Source: Macrostomum lignano (lineage: Eukaryota). Taken from it: a stretch of 41,074 bases of DNA. Positions 12,291-24,124 of this stretch are shown here, in pieces. A program made the position numbers and the translations under genes. Position 1 is the first letter of the stretch. Every line of letters begins with the position of its first letter. Where the stretch lies: positions 1 to 41,074 of the forward strand of contig NIVC01004592.1 in assembly GCA_002269645.1 (NCBI GenBank), read 5' to 3'. Below the pieces are notes generated by a model that was not told the DNA's origin, searched no databases, and saw only the letters and a list, made by a program, of their open reading frames with translations.

Positions 12291-12608
12291 CCAATTCAGC
12301 GCCCACCAAGGCTCGTCAAGCCTAATATTGCGTTGCCAGTCGCCCTCCTCGCCCTCGCCAGTCGCCCAAGCAATCTATCAAGACAGTATTATGCCGAACT
12401 ATGAAATTGACTTAGTGATCAATAGGTGCGAATCCAATTCTCATTATCTACAAGATTTTTATGGATCCAATATGGAATACCGTTTACCCAGTTTTGTCAG
12501 AATGGGGATTGGGGATTACCAGGATGATTCGTCATCAAAATTATGCAGTAGCAAAATTGATCGATTGTCACTACAGTAAAATCCTCAATGAAAGTACTAG
12601 AAATTACT

Positions 12609-13009
<401 letters not shown>

Positions 13010-13022
13010 CCCGTCCCCGCAG

Positions 13023-13574
13023 AAGGCGGCCTACCTGGTGCTGTCGCGGATGCACCCAGAGCAGAATCAGTCGGCGCTGGCTGAGCGTGCCCAGTCGATG
13101 TCGGTGCAGGCCGTCAGCCACCTGCTGCGCACCGACTGCTCGGACCTGCAGCTGCGGGCGCGCAGCATCTACTCGGACACGGTGGAGGAGTCGCCCGAGT
13201 TCCCCTTCGCTCAGCTGATGTCGGACATCGGCGGGCAGCTGGGGCTGTACCTTGGAATCAGCTTTGTCGGCCTCTTCGAGGTGCTGGAGGTGGCGCTCGC
13301 TTTGGTCACCGGCGTCTTCCAGATGCTGCGGCTTCGCTTTCTGGTTCGACGACGGCGCAAGCGAGCGCGATCCGGCGCTGCCCGGCGTCGCCATGGCAAC
13401 GGGACGGCGGCGACGGTGACGTTATCGCCGGTAGCTCCCGTCAACTCCGCATCGCCTCTTGTGCCGACTTCCGTGGCGATGACTTCGCTGCCAGGTGCGC
13501 CGCCGCCGCCGCCGCTGCCGCCGGCTCAGGGCGACTCCTTGGACTCTGTGGTCGCTATGGCAACGCCGTGCTAG
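13023..13574 (+). CDS. DEG/ENaC family channel (FaNaC-like), exon 2
   Basis: CCCCGCAG acceptor at 13021-22 keeps frame (DLMR|KAAYLV). TM2 FAQLMSDIGGQLGLYLGISFVGLFEV carries the G-x-S filter; basic post-TM2 segment; Pro-rich tail; TAG stop. Confidence 0.92.
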   Translation, partial: KAAYLVLSRMHPEQNQSALAERAQSMSVQAVSHLLRTDCSDLQLRARSIYSDTVEESPEFPFAQLMSDIGGQLGLYLGISFVGLFEVLEVALALVTGVFQMLRLRFLVRRRRKRARSGAARRRHGNGTAATVTLSPVAPVNSASPLVPTSVAMTSLPGAPPPPPLPPAQGDSLDSVVAMATPC

Positions 13575-13907
13575 TGAGCTGGCTTCCAAGCACCCGAGGA
13601 GAAGTTTTCAACTGCTTTGTGGTAAAGTACATTTAGCCAGGAGGCCGTATGGAAAAATGATTTAGTAAATGCTCAGAGCTCTGGCTTTTACTCGTTATCA
13701 AATTGCCTGATAAATAATTAAGTTTTCTTCCTTTCTTATGCATGCGGTTCATCGGAGTTATATGCCAAATGCTCGCATAGCAGTCATTATTTTTATTCAA
13801 GTCGAATTGGCAGGCAGTCAACTGTGTTGAACGCTGTTATGAAATTGTTTTGTTTATTTCTACTTCATCGCTAGTCTCACAGAGAGTTAGTTTGCAAAAT
13901 CTTTTAG

Positions 13908-15072
13908 TGACCCACTGAAGTGAAGGACAGAGAGGGCAACGGTGACCCACTGAAGGATAGAGAGGGGAAGCGGTGACCCACTGAAGGATAGAGAGGGCAA
14001 CGGTGACCCACTGAAGGATAGAGAGGGGAAGCGGTGACCCACCGAAGGATAGAGAGGGGAAGCGGTGACCCACCGAAGGATAGAGAGGGGAAGCGGTGAC
14101 CCACCGAAGGATAGAGAGGGGAAGCGGTGACCCACCGAAGGATAGAGAGGGGAAGCGGTGACCCACCGAAGGATAGAGAGGGGAAGCGGTGACCCACCGA
14201 AGGATAGAGAGGGGAAGCGGTGACCCACCGAAGGATAGAGAGGGCAACGGTGACCCACCGAAGGATAGAAAGGGGAAGCGGTGACCCACCGAAGGATAGA
14301 GAGGGGAAGCGGTGACCCACCGAAGGATAGAGAGGGCAACGGTGACCCACCGAAGGATAAAGAGGGGAAGCGGTGACCCACCGAAGGATAGAGAGGGGAA
14401 GCGGTGACCCACCGAAGGATAGAGAGGGGAAGCGGTGACCCACCGAAGGATAGAGAGTAGAAGCGGTGACCCACCGAAGGATAGAGAGGGGAAGCGGTGA
14501 CCCACCGAAGGATAGAGAGGGGAAGCGGTGACCCACCGAAGGATAGAGAGGGGAAGCGGTGACCCACCGAAGGATAGAGAGGGGAAGCGGTGACCCACCG
14601 AAGGATAGAGAGGGCAACGGTGACCCACCGAAGGATAAAGAGGGGAAGCGGTGACCCACCGAAGGATAGAGAGGGGAAGCGGTGACCCACCGAAGGATAG
14701 AGAGGGCAACGGTGACCCACCGAAGGACAGAGAGGGCAGCGGTGACCCACCGAAGGACAGAGAGGGCAACAGTGACCCAACGAAGGACAGAGAGGGCAAC
14801 AGTGACCCAACGAAGGATAGAGAGCAGAAGCGGTGACCCACCGAAGGATAGAGAGTAGAAGCGGTGACCCACCGAAGGATAGAGAGGGGAAGCGGTGACC
14901 CACCGAAGGATTGAGAGTAGAAGCGGTGACCCACCGAAGGATAGAGAGGGGAAGCGGTGACCCACCGAAGGATTGAGAGGGCAACGGTGACCCACCGAAG
15001 GATAGACGAAGTATAGAGAGGTAAGCGTTGACCCACCGAAGGATAGAGAGGAGAAGCGGTGACCCACCGAAG
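13908..15072. repeat. 31-bp minisatellite, about 37 copies
   Basis: Unit GCGGTGACCCACCGAAGGATAGAGAGGGGAA with GGGCAACGG variants. Confidence 0.97.
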
Positions 15073-15534
15073 GATGGAGGATATCTCAGCTACGTAAACA
15101 GATCCTTACAAGTCATAAGCTGACAAGCCTTCAACAGCAAAGAGAAAGGCACAGGCAGCTCCCCCATCCACGCTTTCGCCGCCTGATTCTCTGATTGTCA
15201 ACAGCCCGAGGCGCAAATCAGTTTGAGTGCTGGGGGCTGCCATGCTGAACGCGCTGATGAAGGCGCCCCAGTCTCTACCAGCTGAAACATTCTCCCCCGT
15301 GCATGCATGTAGTTGGGAATCGTCCCCGAGGTTCCGCATGGTAACAGTGTTAGCCAATGTTTTTACTGACTGAGCCTCTGCTTCAACGCGAATCAGAAAT
15401 TGTCTCAGCTTGCCGAGCCTTAAAAACTTGGCGAAGCAAAAAGTGCAAGCATTTTGTTATAAAGTAATGAATAAAGACAGGTCAGGGTGGGCACAGCGCA
15501 CTTGGCGGTATATTTTAAATCTCCTGATCCACCA

Positions 15535-17025
15535 GATCATCTATCCGATCATCTAGTCCTGATCTATCAGATTGATCTTGTCCTTTCCATCGGATGATCT
15601 ATTCCTGATCTATTAGATTGATCTGGTCCTGAACTTACCAGATGATCTAGTCCTGATCTATCAGATTGATCTAGTCCTGATCTACCAGATCATCTAGTCC
15701 TGATCCATCAGATCATCTAGTCCTGATCTATCTGATCATCTAGTCCTATCTATCAGAATATCTAGTCCTGATCTATCAGATTGATCTAGTCCTGATCTAC
15801 CAGATCATCTAGTCCTGATCCATCAGATCATCTAGTCCTGATCTATCTGATCATCTAGTCCTGATCTATCAGAATATCTAGTCCTGATCTATCAGATCAT
15901 CTAGTCCTGATCTATCAGAATATCTAGTCCTGATCTATCAGATCATCTAGTCCTGATCTATCAGAATATCTAGTCCTGATCCATCATATCATCTAGTCCT
16001 GATCCATCAGATCATCTAGTCCTGATCCATCAGATCATCTAGTCCTGATTTACCAGATGATCTATTCCTGATCTATCAGATTGATCTAGTCCTGATCTAT
16101 CAGAATATCTAGTCCTGATCCATCAGATCATCTAGTCCTGATCCATCAGATCATCTAGTCCTGATTTACCAGATGATCTATTCCTGATCTATCAGATTGA
16201 TCTAGTCCTGATCTATCAGATCATCTAGTCCTGATCTACCCGATCATCTAGTCCTGATCTATCTGATGATCTAGTCCTGATCTATCAGATCATCTAGTCC
16301 TGATCTACCCGATCATCTAGTCCTGATCTATCTGATGATCTAGTCCTATCTATCAGAATATCTAGTCCTGATCTATCAGATTGATCTAGTCCTGATCTAC
16401 CAGATCATCTAGTCCTGATCCATCAGATCATCTAGTCCTGATCTATCAGATCATCTAGTCCTGATCTATCAGAATATCTAGTCCTGATCCATCATATCAT
16501 CTAGTCCTGATCTATCTGATCATCTAGTCCTGATCCATCATATCATCTAGTCCTGATCTATCTGATCATCTAGTCCTGATCCATCAGATCATCTAGTCCT
16601 GATCTACCCGATCATCTAGTCCTGATCTATCTGATGATCTAGTCCTGATCTATCAGATCATCTAGTCCTGATCTACCCGATCATCTAGTCCTGATCTATC
16701 TGATGATCTAGTCCTGATCTATCAGATCATCTAGTCTTGATCTACCAGATCATCTAGTCCTGATCTACCAGATGATCTATTCCTGATCTATCAGATTGAT
16801 CTAGTCCTGATCTATCAGATCATCTAGTCCTGATCTACCCGATCATCTAGTCCTGATCTATCTGATGATCTAGTCCTGATCTATCAGATCATCTAGTCCT
16901 GATCTACCCGATCATCTAGTCCTGATCTATCTGATGATCTAGTCCTGATCTATCAGATCATCTAGTCTTGATCTACCAGATCATCTAGTCTTGATCTACC
17001 AGATCATCTAGTCCTGATCTAGCGG
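15535..17025. repeat. 23-bp satellite, about 65 copies, with higher-order structure
   Basis: Unit TCTAGTCCTGATCTATCAGATCA; recurring 69-bp trimer of variant monomers. Confidence 0.97.
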
Positions 17026-17560
17026 ATTTTCTAGATGTGGCCTAGCGGATCAAATATTAGATATATTCCAGTTTAATATACAGTCCAATATCCATCTAAA
17101 AGTGCGCCTAATCCGTATAAAAAATTCTCAGGTTAACTAAAATGATATCCCCCAAGAGGCTGGCTAAAATCGAGCTTAAAATTTAGAACTTTTTTAATTA
17201 AAAGAGAAGTGGGCCACCTTTTTGAACGACCAAGTGTTGCAGCAACCAACAGGTTTCTCAGTCTCACTGCAAGGCTAGAATTTCTTTAAAAAGCAACAAC
17301 CCCCCTCCCCCAAGTCTTCTGGGAGTCGCTGCTTCCAAATTATTTTGTCTGTAAATTGAAATTGAATAAATTCTAAAGAAACCCGATCGCTCCAGAATTT
17401 CAATGAGTCCAAGAATTTGACTTCGGCTGAGACGTGAACTTGACGGCCATATTTATCATATATCTTTTTCAGAAAGGCTTAGTAGTAAGCGCCACGACCT
17501 CCTTGGTCTGTTGCCGGCCACCTTTATTTGGCCGAGGGGGGGGGGGGTTGTCCAGCGATT

Positions 17561-17684
17561 CACAGCCCCGATGTGTATGCCTGACGATTAGAAAGTCCAG
17601 GCTGATGTACACCCTGTCGGAGCGTGTGCGTGCTCAGTGATCAGCAGAGTGGACACGACTGGGTCCTTGCACAACCCAGCGGAG
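17561..17684 (+). other. Dispersed element, copy A (homologous to 23367-23495 on the minus strand)
   Basis: Collinear shared blocks ATGCCTGA[C/G]GATTAGAAAGTC, TGTACACCCTGT, GAGCGTGTG and CCAGCGGA. Confidence 0.75.
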
Positions 17685-18291
17685 TACAAGCAGCTCCGCC
17701 CTACCCTTAGCCAGAGATAAGCAGACAGCTGGCCAATCACAGCTCAGCAGGGTACAGTCAGCCCCGCCCTACCCTTAGCCAGAGATAAGCAGGCAGCTGG
17801 CCAATCACAACCCAGCAGAGTACAGCCAGCCCCGCCCTACCCTTAGCCAGAGATAAGCAGGCAGATGGCCAATCACAGCTCAGCAGAGTACAGCTAGCCC
17901 CACCCTACCCTTAGCCAGAGATAAGCAGGCAGCTGGCCAATCACAGCTCAGCAGGGTACAGCCAGCCCCGCCCTTACCCTTAGCCAAAGATAAGCAGGCA
18001 GCTGGCCAATCACAACCCAGCAGAGTACAGCCAGCCCCGCCCTACCCCAAAGATAAGCAGGCAGCTGGCCAATCACAGCCCAGCAGAGTACAGCTAGCCC
18101 CGTCCTACCCTTAGCCAAAGATAAGCAGGCAGCTGGCCAATCACAACCCAGCAGAGTACAGCCAGCCCCGCCCTACCCTTAGCCAGAGATAAGCAGGCAG
18201 ATGGCCAATCACAGCTCAGCAGAGTACAGCCAGCCCCGCCCTACCCTTAGCCAAAGATAAGCAGGCAGCTGGCCAATCACAGCTCAGCAGG
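17672..18291. repeat. 68-bp minisatellite, 9 copies, each with GC-box, GATA, E-box and CCAAT-like motifs
   Basis: Unit CAGCCAGCCCCGCCCTACCCTTAGCCAGAGATAAGCAGGCAGCTGGCCAATCACAACCCAGCAGAGTA. Confidence 0.95.
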
Positions 18292-19135
18292 TACAATTTC
18301 TTATTAACGTGAGATGATCATCTAAATAATAAAGGAAACGAAATAAATCACATAAAACTCAACCAAGCGACACTCATTTGAAGCCGTTTTTTCGTATAGA
18401 TAAAGTCGTTCATTTATAATCAAGTAATTATTATTAATTATATTTGCTAGGCGAATTATCGCAGAAGCGGACAGCACGCGGCGGGAACAAATTTATTATC
18501 AGTAGAATTATTATCAATAAAAAACTCGCTGCCGCACAGACTACTCGTAGTACCGCGAGTAGTAGCAGCACTGGCAATAAAAATATACAAGTAAACGGCA
18601 AATTTGGGACACGAAAAACAGAAAAAAGGCATTTCAAAAATAAACTTCTGTTATTAGAGATATATGCATGCACGAATAGAAATTCTAGTGTTGCACAGTT
18701 AGTGCAATCAGAGCAGGCAGGAGAAGCCGGACATGAGATCCCACATCCCACATCCCGACAGAAATTTTAAAACGCAAAAAAATATAAATAAGCGCACAGC
18801 CCGTTACTCTCACTAGACTACTCAGCTACTGCAAGTAGTCTATAGACGCAAAAGAAACGGCGTAGCGCGGGCGCAGCAAGCAAAGATATTGGATATGAGA
18901 AGTCAATGAAGTTCGGAGTTTAAGATTCGAACTGAAATCGAAAAAAGCAACGAGTAGCAAACAGAGCACTAGTAATTGTTGTGTATTAAAAGATGCATGC
19001 ATTCTTTGATAAAAATGTTTTTCAAAGTAGACAATTTGCAGTCACGAACACGCAGAGAGAGGAAGAAAGGAAAATTCTTGCTACCAAGCAGTGCACGGCG
19101 TTTCATATTCAGATTGTAAGTTTGATGCTTAAATG

Positions 19136-20190
19136 GATTTCCGGTTTGGCCTAAGGGGATTTCCAGTTTTGGGCTAAAGGGATTTCCAGTTTTGGGCTAA
19201 GGGGATTTCCAGTTTGGGCTAAGGGGATTTCCAGTTTTGGGCTAAAGGGATTTCCAGTTTGGGCTAAGGGGATTTCCAGTTTGGGCTAAGGGGATTTCCA
19301 GTTTTGGGCTAAAGGGATTTCCAGTTTGGGCTAAGGGGATTTCCAGTTTGGCTAAGGATTTCCAGTTTGGGCTAAGGTAATTTCCAGTTTGGGCTAAGGG
19401 GATTTCCAGTTTGGGCTAAGGGGATTTCCGGTTTGGGCTAAAGGGATTTCCAGTTTGGGCTAAGGGGATTTCCAGTTTTGGGCTAAAGGGATTTCCAGTT
19501 TGGGCTAAGGGGATTTCCAGTTTGGGCTAAGGGGATTTCCAGTTTGGGCTAAGGGGATTTCCAGTTTGGGCTAAGGGGATTTCCAGTTTGGGCTAAGGGG
19601 ATTTCCAGTTTGGGCGAAGGGGATTTCCAGTTTGGGCTAAGGGATTTCCAGTTTGGGCGAATTTCCAGTTTGGGCTAAGGTAATTTCCAGTTTGGGTTAA
19701 GGGGATTTCCAGTTTGGGCTAAGGGATTTCCAGTTTGGGCAAAGGGATTTCCTGTTTGGGCCAAGGGGATTTCCTGTTTCCAGTTTGGCTAAGGGGATTT
19801 CCAGTTTGGGCCAAAGGGGATTTCCAGTTTGGGCTAAAGGGATTTCAAGTTTGGGGGATTTCCTGTTTGGGCCAAGGGGATTTCCTGTTTGGGCCAAGGG
19901 GATTTCCAGTTTGGGCCAAGGGGATTTCCAGTTTGGGCCAAGGGGATTTCCAGTTTGGGCCAAGGGGATTTCCAGTTTGGGCCAAGGGGATTTCCAGTTT
20001 GGGCCAAGGGGATTTCCAGTTTGGGCTAAGGGGATTACCAGTTTGAGCTAAGGGGATTTCCAGTTTGGGCTAAAGGGATTACCAGTTTGAGCTAAGGGGA
20101 TTTCCAGTTTGAGCTGAGGGTTTGGGCTAAGGGGATTTCCAGTTTGAGCTGAGGGGATTTCCAGTTCAGGCTAATGGGATTTCCAGTTAG
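19136..20190. repeat. 22-bp minisatellite, about 47 copies
   Basis: Unit GGGGATTTCCAGTTTGGGC(T/C)AA; variants are regionally clustered. Confidence 0.97.
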
Positions 20191-20548
20191 GGGATTAGGA
20201 GACTTTGGGATTGCGAATCAGTCCAGCCAAGCCGTTTACTGCTTAGAAAAGGAACAAATCGGTCATAAAATCTGTCAGTCGGCAAGCCGAAAAGATCAAT
20301 TTGAAGCGAATTGGCCAACAAAACAGACAGAGCTCGACCTCACAAAAGCGGCTGGGGATAAATATGACATGAAAATGAAACTGTCAAAGCAATATAAAAA
20401 TTCGCACCGCACCCGTCCAGCTGAAGGAAGTGCGCAGTCGAGGGGACCCGAAACCGCTGCTCTGATGAAAATTCATTAGCGAGGCGAAGCGGACAAGTGA
20501 AGACGCCAGTCTGCCGGTGTGGGGTGAGGGAGCGGGGCGGGCCGGCCG

Positions 20549-21598
20549 CTAGTTGCCCGGCAGGCCGCCAGTCGGGTGACCCTGGCGCTCGCCGACTCCG
20601 CCGCCGCTGGACGACCTGTGCAGGGAGTGGCCGACCGGGCCGCCAGCGGTCCTGCAGGAAGTCCTCGACGACTGCAGCACAGAGGATTCGCCGCTGCCGC
20701 CTTCAGAGCGGTTGACGCCTCCGCTGCCACCGCCGCCGCCACCGCCCACGGCACCGAGAAGCTGCTCGTCATCCCTGGCGGCGTCTCCGTTTGACGCTTC
20801 GCCGCCACCGTTGCTGCCGCTGCCGCTACCACCGCCGCCGCCGCAGGCGCCGTCGCCACCATTTGCCGATTCGCCTTCGCCGCCGACTCCGTCGCTATCT
20901 TCATCGGCATCCCCTTCAGCTTCACTTTCGTCCTCCTCGTCGTCGCTGCTGCCGCCGCCGCGCGACTCGCCGCTGGGCGCCGACGCATTGGCGGCAGCAA
21001 CGGCCTCGCCGGTGCCGCCCCCGCCAGCCAGCAGGGCGAGAATCTCGGCGGCGAGGGCGCCGATCGCGTCGCCGAGTTTATTTTGCTGCGACTCGGCACA
21101 GCCCGACGGCTCTTCGTCGACTTCGTCGACGTCGTCGGCGTCGGGCGCGTCAGCGGTGCCAGCTGCTTCGTCGGCGTCGGCCGGCTGCTGCTCGAGCGGA
21201 TCGTCGAATGCGGAGCAGCCGGCGGGCAGCACGGCGTCGGGCGGCAGCAGCGCGCGGATGTTGCGCAACAGTTTGGGCGAAAGGAGCGGCAGGTAAGTTT
21301 GCCGGTTCCTGCAGCACACCTGCCTGATGGCCCACAGCGACCACAGCTGGGCGCTGGGGTGCCGGCGCGGCTCCAGCAGGCGAACGAACGGCCGGAACGA
21401 CCTGTATGCCACCATCTCGGCGTCGGGCGCCGACCAGGACAGCACGGCGTCGCCAACGGCTGGCAGCAGGCGGCGGCGCGGCCGTTCGCTGAGCCGCTCG
21501 AGCCAGACCCGATCTGGCAGGAGGCTCAGGTTGGCGAGGACGCCAGCGGCGAAGTAGGCGACGCTCAGACTGGAATCGGTGAGCAGCTGGCTCAGCAT
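20549..21598 (-). CDS. ZYG11: ZYG11-family CRL2 substrate receptor, last coding exon
   Basis: CAG acceptor then MLSQLL; VAYFAAGVLANL, WSAPDAEMVAYRSFRPF and QLWSLWAI match ZYG11B (VSYFAAGIIAHL, WPTPECEMVAYRSFNPF, QLWAVWAM). Followed by a long acidic Gly-rich tail. Confidence 0.9.
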   Translation of the reverse strand: MLSQLLTDSSLSVAYFAAGVLANLSLLPDRVWLERLSERPRRRLLPAVGDAVLSWSAPDAEMVAYRSFRPFVRLLEPRRHPSAQLWSLWAIRQVCCRNRQTYLPLLSPKLLRNIRALLPPDAVLPAGCSAFDDPLEQQPADADEAAGTADAPDADDVDEVDEEPSGCAESQQNKLGDAIGALAAEILALLAGGGGTGEAVAAANASAPSGESRGGGSSDDEEDESEAEGDADEDSDGVGGEGESANGGDGACGGGGGSGSGSNGGGEASNGDAARDDEQLLGAVGGGGGGGSGGVNRSEGGSGESSVLQSSRTSCRTAGGPVGHSLHRSSSGGGVGERQGHPTGGLPGN

Positions 21599-21706
21599 CT
21601 GCGAGTTGGGGGGTGCGGTGGCGGGATGAGTTAGTACAGCTTTACACTGACAGCATAGATTATGAAGAGTAAGCGGTGAGGAGATAAGAATTAGAAGATG
21701 GGATTA

Positions 21707-21810
21707 GGGATCTGGGATGAAGGACATGAGATTGGGGATCTGGGATGAAGGACATGAGATTGGGGATCTGGGATGAAGGACATGAGATTAGGGATCTGGG
21801 ATGGACATGG
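21707..21810. repeat. 28-bp tandem repeat (about 3.5 copies) in a ZYG11 intron
   Basis: GGGATCTGGGATGAAGGACATGAGATT(G/A). Confidence 0.85.
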
Positions 21811-21932
21811 GATTAGTGATATGGGATTAGGGACATGGAATTATCCCTATGAGAATTAGGAGATGGAAAAAATGATTAACAGACGGCAAACGTGAGATAA
21901 GATGTGAGATTAATAGTTTAAAGCCTCCTTAC

Positions 21933-23010
21933 CGAGATGATATCCGCAACTAGCAGCGACTTCCTAGTGGCTGGCATCTCGGCAATATTGTTGAGCAGGC
22001 CCAGGCACTTAGGCAGAATGCACTGCCTGGCCTCGGCGCCGGCTGAGCAGTCTAGCAGTTGGAACAGCTTGAGATAGGCCTCCAGGCCGCCGGCCTCCAC
22101 AAACAGCCGACAGCTGGGCTCGCACTCGTCTGTGAGGTTCCACAGGGCGCTGAGCGCAAACTTCAGCGTGGGATCCAAATCGGACGGCCCCGGCGGCTTG
22201 GGCAGGTCGGCCAGCTGCGACCGCAGCAGCCGGCGCCGGTCCTGGACCAGCGCGACCAGGCGGGCGAACAGGCGCTCCTGAGAGCCGAGCAGGGCCAGGT
22301 CGCGACTGCTGACCTTGGCTGACACGATGCTCACGATGGCCACCAGCATGCGCACCATGTGCTGGTCGCTGAACTGCACAAGACCGTCGCACACGAGCGA
22401 CAGGCACCACAGCCGATCGAACTCGGCCTGATGCAAGAAGCAATCGTTGCACAGGGTGAGCAAGGCATTCTTCTGCAACTGTTGCTGCTTGGGAAAATTG
22501 CCCATAGCGTTGAGCACAAGATCAACCACTGTGTTGCGCACTGCAGGGCAGAGCTTGAAGCTGAGCTGGTAGCGGGTCAGATTGTACAGCACGGCGGTGC
22601 CAGCAAGCTGCAGCTGCATCCTGTGAGAGTACTTCCGAAGCACCGGAAACGTTGCTCTGAGCAGCCGCTCGCGCAGATTGAACATGTGATTGGTGTGCAG
22701 GAACACCGCGCACAGGGTCTGCTGCATGTAGTTCTCCCTGTCCCTGTACCTGTGCAGGCACCTGATCAGCTGATCCTCGGTGTCGAAGCCGGCGATTTCA
22801 ACTGGCAGCTCCGGCTCGCCGCTCAGCTGTTCGTCCACCATGGCGAAGCCCAGGAACTTCAGGCTCGGCCGGGCCAGCACGAACTGGCGTAGGAGGCCGA
22901 CGTCCAGCTTGAGCTTGTTGCCGGACACGTCCAGGTGCTCCAGGCGGGGCAGGAAGTTCGGCGAGCTGAACAGTTCCCGAACCTGCTGTTGCACCTGCGG
23001 CTTACCGAAT
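21933..23010 (-). CDS. ZYG11: ZYG11-family protein, LRR end and ARM-repeat exon
   Basis: Phase-2 acceptor at 23011; FPKQQQLQKNALLTLC, DPTLKFALSALWNLTDE and KCLGLLNNIAEM match ZYG11B; GTAAGG donor at 21932, phase 0. Confidence 0.93.
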
Positions 23011-23366
23011 CTGCGGCGGGAGCGCGTGCACTTTTTAGTATTCCAGATCTCGGATGCATGCAGTACATGGAGCCCAGCTAAAGTACATCAACCGCCTGGT
23101 TCAGGCAAACTCCGGCCCGTGGGCCACACGCAAAGCCTCTCTATCCGGCCCTCGGGTGCTTTGAAACTTCCCAATAGCAATCCCGCCCGCTCAAGATTGG
23201 CGTCTCTTCTTAGCTCTCTTCTTTCTAATCTCTTCTTTCTTCTCTTTCCTCACCTCTTCTCTCCTATTTTCTCCCTTATCTACTCCTCTCTTTCCCTTTA
23301 TTCCCTCTCCTCTCCTTTGCCCACCTCTGCTCTAGATTCACCGGCGGGCACATTGGCTGGCTCCAT

Positions 23367-23495
23367 TCCGCTGGCTCCTGAGCACATGCAAGAGCAAGGG
23401 CCAATGCTGTTCGCAGGCACGCACTCGTACACACGCTCACACAGGGTGTACAGAGCCCATGACTTTCTAATCCTCAGGCATGTACATTCTCTGTG
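23367..23495 (-). other. Dispersed element, copy B, in a ZYG11 intron
   Basis: Reverse complement aligns with 17561-17684 over four conserved blocks. Confidence 0.75.
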
Positions 23496-23632
23496 CCTTG
23501 GGGGTTGGCGTTGGCCCTCATTGGCAGAGATTGAATCGAACCAAAAATCGTGGCCCACCGCTGAGCTGCTCCGCTGACCTAGCTAAAGCAATCAAGACAC
23601 AAAAGATGACAAAGAAGGTCACAAGGACACAC

Positions 23633-24078
23633 CTGGCCAAACTGGTGTCGTCACTGATGTCGAGCAGCACCAGATTCTCCAGCTCGGACAGCACAGTAAG
23701 AAACCGGCTAGCCTGCTTGGGCTTGACGCCGTACAGGTGCAAATACTTCAGCCTGTGCCGCATTCGCCTCAGTGGCCATATATCTACAACGTCAGTCTTG
23801 GAGATGTCCAGGTGAACCAGGTGGCGCAGATCGTTACAGATCACTTCGAGGCATTTGCAGTCGAGCTCCGTGTTGGCCAGATTCAGGCTGGCCAGGCTGC
23901 GGAACACTGACAGGCAGACAATGACTGGCAGCTTGTCGCACAGGATTGAAGTGCCAGCTAGGTTGAAGGACACCATCTGCTGCTTGCTGGCGTCTGACAG
24001 GCAGCTGACCAGGGAGTACAGGTTCACCTGTTCCAGGCGGACGCAGGTCAGACGAAGTAGGCGGTGACGCTTGAGCAC
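23633..24078 (-). CDS. ZYG11: ZYG11-family protein, leucine-rich-repeat exon
   Basis: CGCCCAG acceptor, phase 0; LRRs LASLNLANTEL, LVHLDISKTDV and LVLLDISDD; donor at 23632, phase 2, compatible with the next exon. Confidence 0.88.
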
Positions 24079-24124
24079 CTGGGCGAGAATTGGCAGAAGT
24101 TTACAAAATGTATTGTAGCGTTGC

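Noticed and set aside
11600-12579. Long ORFs (up to 277 aa) on both strands
   Set aside because: Products of the 22-bp intronic satellite cycling through frames; no domain content.
13837-15067. Three overlapping 365-399 aa minus-strand ORFs
   Set aside because: The 31-bp satellite lacks stops on that strand; all three frames give the same permuted peptide.
15106-15357. 83-aa minus-strand ORF and a CTGATGA...GAAAC pair at about 15254-15288
   Set aside because: No recognisable motif or splice context; putative stems II and III do not pair convincingly.
20476-22892. Numerous antisense and alternate-frame ORFs over ZYG11 (also over 9373-10889 and 1592-2099)
   Set aside because: Expected shadows of GC-rich coding exons.
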